Shown: one piece after another, positions 1-13,837 of the stretch | Layout of the letters: each line of letters starts with the position of its first letter | How positions within the stretch are numbered: the first letter of the stretch is position 1 | Source: Hormiphora californensis | Lineage: Eukaryota > Animalia > Ctenophora | Length of the DNA: 64,000 nucleotides | Reading direction: 5' to 3' | NCBI GenBank assembly: GCA_020137815.1 | Contig: CM035359.1 | Span: forward strand, 4,154,001-4,218,000 | Translations under genes and position numbers: made by a program | Notes under the pieces: model-generated | The model's database searches: none | Told to the model about the DNA's origin: nothing | The model's input: the letters and a program-made list of their open reading frames with translations, nothing else

Positions 1-223
1 GCGGGTGTGGTATTATGACATCGAAGACGCTCATTTATTAGACGTTTCGGCTGTACGGCCATTATCAATAATGCTCAATAAATAGTTTTACGTTGTAGTT
101 GATGAAAGTTTGAAACTTTCATCAACTACAACGTAAAACTATTTATTGAGCATTATTGATAATGGCCGTACAGCCGAAACGTCTAATAAATGAGCGTCTT
201 CGATGTCATAATACCACACCCGC
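1..223. repeat. Perfect palindrome (111-bp arms, centre at 112), probably the inverted pLTR of a Penelope-like element
   Basis: 1-111 is the exact reverse complement of 113-223. Each arm contains a minimal hammerhead motif followed by AATAAA. May extend beyond the window edge. Confidence 0.85.
152..187 (+). ncRNA. Minimal type I hammerhead ribozyme (U3-A8 core variant); mirror copy on - strand at 37-72
   Basis: atta-TTGATAA-t-ggc-cgtaca-gcc-GAAA-c-GTC-taat: core with compensatory U3:A8, stem II ggc/gcc, palindromic acgt stem III, GUC cleavage triplet, stem I atta/taat. This is the layout of PLE hammerheads. Confidence 0.65.
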
Positions 224-309
224 CAACACTATTGGTGTGAACAATGATACAAAGATATACTACCCCACCAGCCTCCACCATCTCCAAATATGATGGATTT
301 GAGTTTATT

Positions 310-1053
310 CTGTCTGGTGGCGCTCACCCGATAAAACGGGATCTGGCGATGCCGGACAGAGTGTATTGCATGTAGATTCTTGCGACCATGTTACCATGAC
401 TAGTCCGAGAGTTTCACGAGAGAATATGGGAGAGAAAATATAAATCGAGAAATCTAGCTTCTCGCAGTATGCAGCAGATCGGTCATTTTTCCTATGAGAG
501 AATGTGTTATGAACACACTTTTATTATTTTCCCATGGTAATATTCCGTTTTTAAATTGTCTAGAAAATCAAAAATCTTCGCAGCTTGATCAGTGTGATTG
601 ATCACAGCTAACTTACCTTGGGGTAACAGCTGTCTGGCGCCGCGACCCCATCTGAGAATCAAATGGGGTATGGCGCCGCCATACAGGGTGACAGAGGGCC
701 CCTCTGAGAGGGATTCTTGTCAGGGGTTGAACAAAACAAGTCCTGACCTGTCTGGGCGCATTGGGGTTTGGCGCTGCCAAACAGGTCCTGAACAAGTTCC
801 CGACATGAAACTCCATACTTGCTAAGGTACTGGTGAGATGATGTTGTTGCTAGGGTGTTGCTAAGGTTTGCCAAGCTAGACTGCCATTCACTGTTTCTGT
901 TGACCATATTGTACCACTAAGGGTAACGGTGGCAACTACTATAGGACATCATTTGCCAGGCTGTCTTACGCTCGCCCTTCGTTGTGAGCTGTATGGCATG
1001 GCGGCGCCCATACCCCAATTTGATTCTCAGATGGGGTCGGCGGCGCCAGACAG
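310..1053. mobile_element. Cluster of four tiny hairpin elements with CTGT...ACAG ends and 8-bp TSDs (310-359, 630-686, 748-784, 989-1053)
   Basis: TSD pairs agtttatt/agtgtatt, ggtaacag/ggtgacag, gtcctgac/gtcctgaa, gttgtgag/gttgtgag. A further copy lies at 36594-36653. Confidence 0.75.
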
Positions 1054-1391
1054 GTTGTGAGAACCAACAGAGTTTGTTGACAAGACAGACTGGGAACATA
1101 TCAAGGGGGGAGGGGGCCCCGAGGAGGGGATGGCCATCTCTGCGCTTGCCAGCGCAGTGGCCCACAAGTTCAGCACCTCCACGCAAAACTTGCACGTGCG
1201 TTTGCGCCGCGCACAGATGAGATTATTCCATATATAGCAATCTGAGCAAGGGGTCTGATCCCTATCTCCTTTCTCTTCTTTTTCATTTCTTGTCTTGCCG
1301 TCTTGGCTCATTCGTCGTTGTGCATGCTATACAGTTGGTTGGTAGTGTACGACCTGGCCTAGTAGGAATACAGGTGTTTAGTTTGAGTTAA

Positions 1392-2078
1392 GGGTACACC
1401 GACCGAAATTTTTTGTCGAGTGCAGGGCAATCTCTCACCGTAGGGTTGTAGGCCATGCCAAGGAGACCTCAAATATGCAATTTTAGCCCTTAAGTCGAAT
1501 TCATATTTTTGCTACAGCTGTTTAAAAAATGTCCTGTAAATTCGTTTTTGGCATCTCAAAAAAAATTTTTAGTCTCAGGTCTCTACGATCAGCCGTTTTT
1601 GAGATACAGGGAATTTATTTATTTCTGAAATGATGGCTTTCACAAAAAAAACTCTGTACAGCTTATCTCAAATAAGGATACGCCCAAAATTTATGGCCAC
1701 TTAGATAATCGTTAGACGCAACTTTTCACCAATTTACAGCTTTCACATGTTTTCGGAACTTTGCCAAATAGGGCGTTAAAGTGGAAAAAAAGAAATCCAT
1801 CTCAGGACCGGAAATCAGCTCGGATTGCAAAAAAATTTTTTGTGGTTATTCACCTTCATGTCCTCTTCAAATCCCCAAATTTTCATGCTCCTATCTTCAA
1901 AAAAATTTTTTTGAGATGCCAAAAACGAATTTACAGGACATTTTTTAAACAGCTGTAGCAAAAATATGAATTCGACTTGAGAGCTCAAATTGCATATTTG
2001 AGGTCTCCTTGGCATGGCCTACAACCCTACGGTGAGAGATTGCCCTGCACTCGACAAAAAATTTCGGTCGGTGTACCC
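1392..2078. mobile_element. Non-autonomous DNA transposon, ~180-bp TIRs, TTAA TSD (Kolobok-like)
   Basis: ttaa|gggtacaccgaccgaaa...tttcggtcggtgtaccc|ttaa. Purine termini plus TTAA fit Kolobok better than piggyBac (CCC termini). Confidence 0.75.
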
Positions 2079-2108
2079 TTAAATGGGTAATTTCTTCTTC
2101 TTCAGGTA

Positions 2109-2861
2109 GGGTAAGCTGGGGTAGTTTGGCCCGCGGGGTAAAGTGGCCCATGTATGGGGCAAAGTGGCCCTAGTTATTACATGTGGTCACGTGACATTTT
2201 CTCCAGCGGAGACCTGCTCGTTCTGTTCCGAATTTTCGCTTTAAAACTGCTGTCATTTCTGTTTGGGTTGGCCGATTTTAATTTTGCAAAAACTGCCTGT
2301 TAGGCTTTATAATTCTCTAAAACGTGGTATAAAAATTTTGAAGAAATTGGCATTTTTGTTGTCTTAATTGTCAATTAAGTGAAATCGGGGCAAATATGGC
2401 CCACTCTCCGGGGCAAAGTGGTCCGGTCTGGGGCAAGGTGGCCCACCTCTAGGACCAATGAAATGGCGCCTGCAATACCACGTGACATTGGAATGCACAA
2501 AAATGTAGTCCAGACGGTCAAATTAGGGGCAAAGTGGCCCATGTTCCGGTGGAGAACATGGGCCACTTTGCCCCTAATTTGATCGTTTCGTCTAACAACA
2601 CCAGGCACGTGATAAAATCGAGCAATGTTATTGGCTTGGGCCACTTTGCCCCGGTGCAAATTTTCCAAAAAACGCCTCACCAAATTATTTGAATTGATTA
2701 ATTAACCCATTAAATAAAACTTGTAGATTTTAAAATTTAGCTCGGCTGAAAGGAAAAGGTTTCATTGGATAGCCTATATAATTTTTTTCTTCCTGCTGTA
2801 TATATTGCGTATTTCAGAACCTAAAACGTTAAAAATGGGCCACTTTCGCCCCAGCTTACCC
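2109..2861. mobile_element. MITE with TA TSD (Tc1/mariner-pogo-like)
   Basis: ta|gggtaagctgggg...ccccagcttaccc|ta, with many internal ggggcaaagtggccc motifs in both orientations. Confidence 0.75.
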
Positions 2862-3703
2862 TAAGCACGTACTTGTTTAGTCTCCCCTTCTGCAGTAGTG
2901 TACGGGAGGGTCAGTATCGTGTAATTGTCACTTTGTTGGAGGGGGGGGGGGTTGTACCCGTTCCTCACAAGTAGGTCATTGACCATCCCAAACGGGTAAA
3001 CGAGTGCTCCAGTTCTTCAGGAGAGGAGGTCTCCTCCGCAGTGCGATAGTAGGTTGACATGTTCCTCGTCTGTCAGCTCTCACACGCGAGCCCCAAGGGG
3101 CGCTCAAAGTGCCGAAAAGACAGACTGCCTGTTATAGCATGGCGAACAGTAGGCGTCCACAGCCGCTTGTTTAGTCTTATCCTGGCGGTGGGGTCGTTGT
3201 ATGTACCTACTTGTAGTTGTAGTTTGTACTTTTTTGGGTATTTATAATTATTATATCATTCGATTTAGTACACCCAACCAGTTTCCACCCATCCTGTCCA
3301 ATTCCAAATCCCCATCTGTCTTACCTTTTAGGCTAATTAATTTCTCGTGATCCATTGTGATTGTCCACATTTAGGGTCAAAGATGGCTGGGCTTGTTCGG
3401 ATACCTTCTATTCGGTGAGCCAACCTATTTCAATGTTTGTTATGTTCTAACCTCCTTTACATTTGTAAAAGGATGGCGGGGCTCGCGAAAAGGGGGTCGG
3501 GCTAGACAATTCAATGTTATACAGTCGGACCCCGATTTACCGGCATGCAAAGGGGGAAAGGATTTTGCCCTGTAAATCGAGGTACCCGGTATATCGGGGT
3601 TAAATACCGCTAATTTAACTAAGTTAGCTAAGTTAACTCGGGCGAATTTTATCCTCGGGGTAAAAACTGAAAATAATAAGCTCTGAATTGCTAAATTTCC
3701 GTC

Positions 3704-3775
3704 TCCTCAATAGTATAGTGGTGAGTATTCCCGCCTGTCACGCGGGCGACCAGGGTTCGATTCCCTGTTGGGGAG
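3704..3775 (+). tRNA. tRNA-Asp (GTC)
   Basis: 72-nt cloverleaf TCCTCAA...TTGGGGA-G, anticodon loop CTGTCAC, GTTCGATT T-loop, followed by a T-run Pol III terminator. Confidence 0.95.
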
Positions 3776-3849
3776 CTTTTTTGTCCATATTTTCCGGAGC
3801 TTTTTGACTGCTTTTCCGGCAAGTCATGTACATTTTCTTACTCTCTGTC

Positions 3850-3921
3850 TCCTCAATAGTATAGTGGTGAGTATTCCCGCCTGTCACGCGGGCGACCAGG
3901 GTTCGATTCCCTGTTGGGGAG
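3850..3921 (+). tRNA. tRNA-Asp (GTC), identical second copy
   Basis: Same 72 nt as 3704-3775, followed by cTTTTTT. Confidence 0.95.
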
Positions 3922-4533
3922 CTTTTTTGTCGACATTTCCCACAAGAACTCAAAACTGGAACTGTATCCCATCCAAAAGTTTAAACGGAAGTCAAGAAAA
4001 CACTTTATTTTCCACTAAACTGTACACAGTACAATATACATTTTAAAGGGTATGTTTTGTACACAGTCGCAAATTATAAGGTACAGCTCCCGAATCGCCT
4101 TTAAATATGGGTAATATGATAGTCTTGGATTTAACACTTAACCGACCCCTAGTTAAAGTGATTTAAAGCGGTCAAAATTTAATCATTAATCCCAAAACTA
4201 TCATACTACCTAAATATGTTACACAACGAATTCTGCAGCGGTCCAACTCTTATCCGCGTATAACTATAATATTGGTCAACAACAACAACAGAAGACAGTA
4301 TGAAAATATAATAGCAGCATGTGTTTTACCCTCAAAGGTCGCGAAATGGCGACACACACACCCCTGTCAAAGATTTACTAATCTATTAGAAATACAGATT
4401 AAAGATTTCCTAATCTTATATCTGTGTCAAGTAATCTCCAGCTAATCATGTTAGAAAAAAAAGAGTTTGTTTACACACTTGTCTCGTCAAATAATCTCAC
4501 AATCATTTCAATCAGGATATATCCGGGAGACTA

Positions 4534-5220
<687 letters not shown>

Positions 5221-5937
5221 TTACGTCGCGTTTCTGAGTTAGTTGAACTTAGATCGTTCTAAAAACAAAAAATAAAGTGGTCAGTCAAACGTATCATCTT
5301 GTTTCCAACGTGTTTCCAAAAAGCCTTTTCTCTTGTCTATAGTTAAACAACTCAACTGATTGGAAGTTAGATGCGCTCTCACAGCCTAGCCTCTCTCTCT
5401 CTCTTATATCTCTCTCCCTCAATCTCCCTCACTCTCCCTCACTCTCCCACACTCTGCCTCTCTTCTCCCTCTCTTATATCTATTATATTAGCCGCGTATC
5501 ATTATCCTGGTCATTATCATTAATCCTAGTAACAATCACCGATCAGGCGAAATGAAGTAATAGATAGACAGAGATCTGTAAACGTTCGAAACAGTTGATC
5601 GATCGCTATCAATTATCCTTTGCCAATTGGGAAATAACTGGTTCCTAATCACTCCAAAGTACAGTGAAACGGTTATCTAGTCGTATAGTGATCCCCTAAT
5701 TGATCACCTAATTGATCACCTAATTGATCACCTAATGGTACTACTGTTGTAACAGCCAAATTTAAGACACGTGGCCTGTTTTGACCTTTGGGTCCGGCCC
5801 GTTGGTAGATCTAAGATCATGGAAGTTAATGTACGGTACCGTTTTCTCTAGCAGTAGCTATAAATTACACCAATTAGTATTACCTACTACTATAACAACA
5901 GCTGCAGGCTAAGTAACCCGCGGCAACTTCCGCAACC

Positions 5938-5994
<57 letters not shown>

Positions 5995-6318
5995 TTTTCT
6001 ATCTCTCTCTCTCTTTCTCTTTTTCTATCTCATTCTTTCTCTCTGTTTTCTGCTGGCAAGTTTTTGCAGCTGCTCCTAGCGCCGACCATTAGCAATACCA
6101 CGGAAGTTAATTCAGGGAGAGATGGGGAAGGAGAGATTGGGAGAGAGAATGAGAGGGTTAGAGAAAAAGGAGAGACATTGAGAGGTAAAGATAGAAGAGA
6201 AATAGGAAAGAGATTAGATGGCTAATTTGCTACCCAGCTCCACAAGCCAATTAATCCTTGCTGCTCTGGACACAATGGTAGTTTGGAAGAAACGGAAGAC
6301 GCAACTTCATCTTTACAC

Positions 6319-6394
<76 letters not shown>

Positions 6395-7187
6395 TTAGTT
6401 ATTGTAACAATCTTTCTTCTGCTCTCTTTAATAAAAGTAACGATCTCTCTTCCCATGTGGCCATGATGACATGATTGGAAATTCTGCAACTCTCATGATC
6501 AGTGGCCCAAGATTATCAGGTTTAAAATAGTTTAAAACGCAGAGCAGCAAAGTTCTGCAGCAGCAGGAGGTGTCACGTGGTACTAATTACAAGCTGATCT
6601 CTGATCACGTGACATATAACCGAGATAGAGAGCCCAGACCATCTTAGTCACTTAACAGATCCTTAACAAGAAAATTGGCAATTAGTCTTGTTAGATTTTT
6701 TACCCTATTACACACCCATATAACGAGTGAGAGAGAGAGAGAGATAGAGAGATAGAGAGATAGGGATGGTAAGTGCCCATTAGCCTCAACACGTGGGAGA
6801 TGCTTGTCATGTGACGGGTTAAGCTTGCAGAAAGTGGAGAGTGAGAGAAAGGGACACTCTTGCTACAAAGAGAGATTGTTACGTTAACTAGGGAGAGATA
6901 GGGAGTGAGAGAAGGGACACACAAGCGGTTAACCGTTCCTAATCGTGGGAAGAAGATGATGGCACTCTTGTCTATGGACATTAGCACTAAAACCCCTCCC
7001 CCAATGATGATACTCCTGTCTAAGACGCCTCAAATGGCCCATTGAAAGTGTCAAATCTTTTTTTATAAACCACATAGCGATATAAAAGGGTGTCTTATTT
7101 GTAAATGTCAGTCATTAGAAATTAAACTGCAGCAAATAAATCAGCCTTCATTTAAATTACAAGATATAAACCCCATTTAAAACTTAC

Positions 7188-8405
7188 AAGTGTGTCGGGT
7201 AGGAGATCCAAAGTTGTCATTGGTGGGGAAGGCAGGTGTTCTGACCATTCCAAAGGGTGACTGGGTAGTAGCAGATCCCATCTGAACAGGTGAACGTCGC
7301 GAGGAAGAAGAGGACATGTTCTTAGATGCCAACAGTTCGTGTGAAAGGGCCTTTAGACTGAGATTCGAGGTGGACAGATGGGGCCTGCTTGATTCTGATG
7401 GGGAGAGGGAGAATGTGTTAGAACTCTGATGGGGAGGGGGAGGAGGGCAATGTGTTAGAACTAATTGGTAAAGCAACAAGGTGATATAGTTTTCCAATTA
7501 GCCTGGTTCCCACGACCACCCTACTATGCATGTGGCACACACGCACACCCAGCTGGAGCTAATTAACTGATCACATTAATTGGATCACGGCTAATTGGGG
7601 CGACAGCTGGTTGGACCAATCAAATCTAAATCTCCGGACACCCAATCTATAGCAGCTCTTGTAAAGGTATCACACCTTCAGGAACCGACCGGACCAAGTA
7701 AACAACCAATCAGAACTCGTTATTTAGGTCACGTGACTGGTTATCAGCCAATCAGGGACCAATATTTCCTGATTCGGTAGGTTCCTGAAAGGTATCAAAC
7801 CTTCTGTACAAAACCGATCATCCTAAAATACTAGATACCCAGTATTAGATCTCATCCACATATATCTCTTACCCAGTAAAGCGTTGATGATGTTTTGGGT
7901 ATCTCGAGACAGTCCATTTAACATTGGAAGTTTCAACTCCCCTGCAACAGTGCTAGAAGGGCTGTTGTTGGTTGAGAGATGGCCGGGTAGGTTTAGAGAT
8001 GTTGAGGAGATCACTGGGGGTAGGATGACTGATGGTCGTTGGATAACTTCTGAAAAATAAGGAAAAATTAAGGAAAATAAGGAAAAATAAGGAATGCTAC
8101 ACACATGGAAGAATATGGGAGGTTTATTGGCGGATATTTGATGAATTGAAACTAACGAAATAAAATCAAGTTTAATGATAACGGATGTTGCCAAGTTAGA
8201 CTGCCATTGGCGCGCTCCGGAAGTCGGAGTGACTATATCTCAATGAAAGAGGTGGAGGTGGATATAATAAAGCTCAGAGTTCTGTTTTATAGTTGTATGG
8301 TGGAGTGGGATATAATAAAGCTCAGAGTTCTGTTTTAATAAATAATTTAACTTTTATAGTTGTATTTTATACCTGTTGGGCTCGTATTGTTCTTGTCCAG
8401 CAAGT
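7188..8405 (-). CDS. Probable upstream coding exons of the homeobox gene (8405-8373, 8049-7873, 7394-7188)
   Basis: All three are open, phase 1-to-phase 1, with GT/AG ends and pyrimidine-rich acceptors, and join in frame to exon 5135. Ser/Pro-rich. Start codon not located. Confidence 0.55.
7679..7787 (+). mobile_element. ~109-bp hAT-type MITE (caggaaccgacc...ggttcctg)
   Basis: Copies at 7679-7787, 21451-21542 (-, truncated), 32299-32407 (perfect 8-bp TSD ggaactat) and 61704-61809. Confidence 0.8.
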
Positions 8406-8961
8406 CTGCAATTAGAAAAGATATCTTTTTCTTGGGCTCCATTTCCGTTAAACCCATAATGTGTACGTGTGCTACAGGGAGAGAGATTGTTACTTTAACT
8501 AGAGAGAATAGGGAGAGATTGTTACTTTAACTAGGGAGAGAGAATAGGGAGAGATTGTTACTTTAACTAGGGAGAGAGAGGGTGCTAAATGGATTGGGTT
8601 CAGCTAGTTCGCGACCGAGGAACCAACCCTTTTCTTGCAGCTACAAATCAAAACGTGAGCTAGGACATATTATATTGATTGCTGAACCATTGATTAATAA
8701 AGATAAGCTCTTTAACATGTCATGCAAATAGGGCATCAGTTTAACTACATCTAACGATTTTAGATTAATATGTAGAAGCTTGCCAGTTAACCAGTTACAA
8801 TTGTCAGAGTTTTGATATATTCTATCTAGGCTGGAGAGAATACCAAAAACTCTGAAAATCTAAATGAGGCTTATCCGATCAAGCAACACAATTCGCTAGA
8901 ATGATACAAAAACTCTCAGTCAGAAGACAGCATCTTCAGAACTATATTTGACAGGGAAGCG

Positions 8962-9046
<85 letters not shown>

Positions 9047-9194
9047 TTGTGATAGGGACAAGCAGGGTGGGATCGTCGTGAGTTAACAGTGAGTAGCTGC
9101 TTCCGTCTATTTCCCTCCCTCACACACTATCTCCCCTCCCTCTAAGTTCTCGCTATCTCTCTTTCCCTCTATCTTTTCTCTCTCTTCTCTGTCT

Positions 9195-9272
<78 letters not shown>

Positions 9273-10216
9273 CGCTATCTTTTCTCTCCTTTCTCTGTCT
9301 CTCTCCCTCCCTATAAGTTCTCGATATGTCTCTTTCCCTATTATATCCATCTCTCCCTCTCTCTTCTCACGCCCTCCCCCCTGTCGTACAATAAAACTAA
9401 CTTCTCCAGAACCTATATTTAAAGCCATGAATGAATAAATACTACTCAACATGATTTTATGAACCACGCATAAATACAAATTCTACATATTATTCTAGTT
9501 AATCGAGCCATGATCAAGGCAATTCTGTATAATTTTCCTCTGACGGATTGTTTTGGACCAAAAGTAGAATTTTCTAGCTAGTGTGTGTCAAAAGAATAAT
9601 TTTATGATTCAAATTTGTAAATTGAAACATGGAAATAATAATTAAGATATAGGTAACTGCAGATGAGAATACGATTATATAATGGTTACCATGGTAACTA
9701 GAGTGATGTCAGATTAAATTTAGGGAAATTGACCAATGGGGAAATCTTGTGTCAGCAGAAGTAGCAGATGGTTTTAGTTTGCAGCGTTAGATGTATAGTT
9801 AAACAATAAAGATGATCGTGGCATTGTAACATATGTGGATGATGGTTGTTATTACGTTATTGGGTTATTACGTTATTGGGTTATTATGGGTAAAATACAT
9901 ATTGTTATGTTAAAAATAAAACAATAAAATTTAAGATGTCGGCCTATTAAACGGTATCACGACATATTAATTTTTAACATTTTGTTTTGTTTTTGACATA
10001 ACAATATTGCAACTGGTATGGGAAGGTAGGGTGAAATGAATTATTATTTATCCGTATTTATCTGTTAAATGGTATTATTATGATCATCCAACTACCAACC
10101 AATACAATTCATCAATTCACTAGAATTATTTATGCGGGGAAGCTGGTAAGTCGTGCGTTTTAAAAACTGTCAGTCAGAATCTTCAGAACTTTTGACAGGG
10201 AAGCGGGGGAGAGAGA

Positions 10217-10348
<132 letters not shown>

Positions 10349-11591
10349 GGGAGATAGAAAATGAGAGAAAGAGTGAGAGAAAGAGAGAGAGAGAATTGGT
10401 GGATAATATTGGAGCAAAATACAGCTGTAACTTAGTGATGAGACTAGGCCAGGCCCGAGAGACTAAATTCAGTGTAACTGGGAGGTCATGTGTGCTGGAA
10501 ACGAGAACTTGAGACAGATTTGAGTTGCATTTAATTGAGGAAAATAGCAAATTTTGGCTCATGAGACAAGCAAAAGTGCAACAAAGTACAATGCAACAAG
10601 AGGGTGGTCGACGGATTGTTTTGGAAATTTGATTTTCTGACGAATTAGCAGTAAATGTTTTGGGAAGGTAGGGTGAAATGAATTATATAGCCGTTAGGGT
10701 CAGCACACACCAACGTTAAAATTAAAATTAAAATTTTGTCGCCGCACACACCAGCGGCCGTTAAAATTTCTCTCCCCCATTCTAAAAGTAACGATCTCGC
10801 GCGCCAGTTTAACGGCGTGTTAAAATTTTAACTCAACTATTATACGGCTAGGTACTGGTCGAGAAAGAAATGGCGATAAAAAACATTTACAAAAGAAAAG
10901 ACATGTAGACAGCTGCGATAGCTGTACTGGGAGATAGAGAGGGAGAGAAACTAGGGAAAGGGAGACCGATAGTAAAAAAGAGAGAGTGGAAGAAAGATAG
11001 TACCAAAGTGACCTGATAGACATGACGCTTAGACATTATTGCATTAGTGGTTCCCATAAACAATTCTCACAGCTTTTCCTTCGACACATGCAACTTTTGA
11101 GTAGGGTATATCACGATATATCTATCTGATATGTTTCACTATTTGGGATAATGGCCATACAAATAATTCAATGGTCTATAAAGAAAAAGTATTCGAATAT
11201 AGATATCAACTAGTGCTTAACAAACACTAATGTATAAAAGTGGCCATTAAAAACTTAAAAAGTTTGATATTTATAGGCCCTGAACTACCAATCACATGAT
11301 TCTATACGGTCTGTTAAAATATAAAACGCTAAAGTATTACATTGTATGGGTTGATGTACTATACTACTACTACAATCAATACACTTCCAGGGCCGCTATT
11401 TCAAATGTACGCTGCTTCATAGACGATAGGTTGACAGTTAATGGTGAGAATTATTAGGAAAGTGAGACATGGGCTCGAAGCAATCATATATTAAATCTAA
11501 AATTCAACTCAAATTGTGACGCATTTCTCTCTGAGACTCGATTTCAGCGTCTATAATTCTGATATAAGGTCCTTTTATAGGTGTGATCTCT

Positions 11592-11691
<100 letters not shown>

Positions 11692-11889
11692 TGTCTCTCA
11701 TGGTTCCCACAGGTGCAAGCAATGTTTCCAAACTCTCTCCCTCCTTGTTGTGCCCGATTGACATGCAAGGTTGGGGCATGTGTTGTGAGAGGAGTGTGGG
11801 AAAGAGTAGCCCCGATAAGTAGCAGTTAAAGCTCTCACTTGGTGTGTTGTAGTTGAGCCCTACAATATCAATATGTTGCTTGAGAGAGA

Positions 11890-11949
<60 letters not shown>

Positions 11950-13174
11950 GAGAGAGAGGGTGAGAGAGAGAGAGAGAGAGAGAGAGTGAGAGAGAACTCT
12001 CAATGTATCATGATAACATCACGTGATCACTAGCACACTAAAATTGTAACACAATGGCTAACCACAACAACGCTGCACTTACATGCTGGTTAACGGATGC
12101 TGCTCCCCCTCCACTGTTATAGTAAACACATTGTATCAAAACGCTTGGTGAACTCAAATCAACAAGCACACTAGGCTCCTCCCTCTATAATAACGGTTGG
12201 AAATAGCTGCTATTATTATAGTACAAGTAATAAAGGGGGAGGACGTTGGAAATACTAAAATAGCTGCTATTATAAAAGTACAAGTAATAAAGGGGGGAGG
12301 ACGGCCCCTTCACTTGACATGATCAGAATCTCCCTGAGGGAGGTATCATGTTATTTATAGATTTAGCATTCTATACTTTAGTAAGGGGAGAATTCTTGCC
12401 CCCGGTCAAGCTGAGTAATCCCCTTAATACTTCTTTGGCGAGTTACCAACCCAAAAAATATAGCGATATAAGCATCATAAAACGTTCTACCTTTAAACTA
12501 CTTGCAGTCCTATAACTTTGGCAAGCGCTTCATCGCGGGTTATAATACATGCAGTACTAAACTGGCTCAAAATATATAACGCATAAATCAGCCAGCCCAG
12601 GCATACAGTTTATAAATGTTTTAGCTAACGGTATTAAGCAGTTACAGCTTGGCTAAAATCATCGCTAAACCTTATAACAGTTCACTGTTCAATGACTTAA
12701 GCATCTAGGTAAATGGATAATGGAGTTAACATATTACTATGCGAATTACTATACAGGTTAGAACAAAAACAGAACGATGTCTCTCTATCATTTAAAGACA
12801 TTAATATATCACACTGGTTTATTACGTAGAACTTATTAATTAGGATTATGTAGTCAAACCGAATTCCTCGGGGGAAGCACAGTGTTTTGATCGGTGCACG
12901 GTATATCGGGGCCCCGAAATACTATTTCCTATATCTGAGACAGTTTTTCCGTCCGGTAAATCGGGCTCCGACTTCAAATTTGTGATCAAAAGTCTTAAAA
13001 AGAGTTAAGAATAGATCGGGATTATCATCCTGAAGCTCCAAACATACAGACCGTGTAATCGTGTACTATGTAGCAACTAACTATTATCTCCAACTCACAG
13101 AAAAGCTGTCTCAATATTTCCTCTGCTTTCCGTTAAGACCGTAAATGCAGCATCATCGGCTCACAAAGACTTGG

Positions 13175-13837
13175 ATAATCGCTTTATCCTGCTGGTATAA
13201 AGACCATCCCAAGCTTTATCCACTCTCAATATATGGGCCGCCACGTGGTCGGCAGACTAAATGCACGTGCAAATTTAGAGAGAGAGATAGAGAGAGAGAC
13301 ACTCAAGAAGGCAGTTTTCCGATTAACAGATGCAGCAAGCTCTTTGTGACATGTGATTTCTTTGTTATATGAGACGAGACGCTAGAGAGAGAGCGAGACG
13401 AGAGATAGAGAGAGAGCTCGACAGCTCGCTATATCTCTAGATCCTCTGCTCGATGCTCTCTCGATCTCTCTCGCTACTCCTCTCTACTACTACTATTCAC
13501 CCTCTCTCTCTCTCTCTGTTTCGATTAACCAGAACCAATCGCCCCATGTGACTTACAAGTTAAATATAACGGGCGTTTAACGCGATTAACCCAAGTGATG
13601 GACTAGTTTCTTTGACATGTCGATTAGATCGTGTGATGCAGCTATATAACAAAGAAATCACATGTACAAAGACACTGCTGCATCTGTTAATCGGAAAACT
13701 GCCTTCTTGAGTGTCTCTCTCTCTATCTCTCTCTCTAAATTTGCACGTGCATTTAGTCTGCCGACCACGTGGCGGCCCATATATTGAGAGTGGATAAAGC
13801 TTGGGATGGTTCTTCTACAGGCAGGATAAGCGATTAT
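13175..13837. repeat. ~190-bp inverted duplication with garbled spacer
   Basis: 13175-13370 is the reverse complement of ~13645-13837. The core is perfect and the edges are indel-rich. Foldback element or read artefact. Confidence 0.7.

Noticed and set aside
13175-13837. Functional long hairpin RNA gene
   Set aside because: Indel-ridden edges and scrambled spacer look like a foldback read artefact. Cannot be supported without reads.
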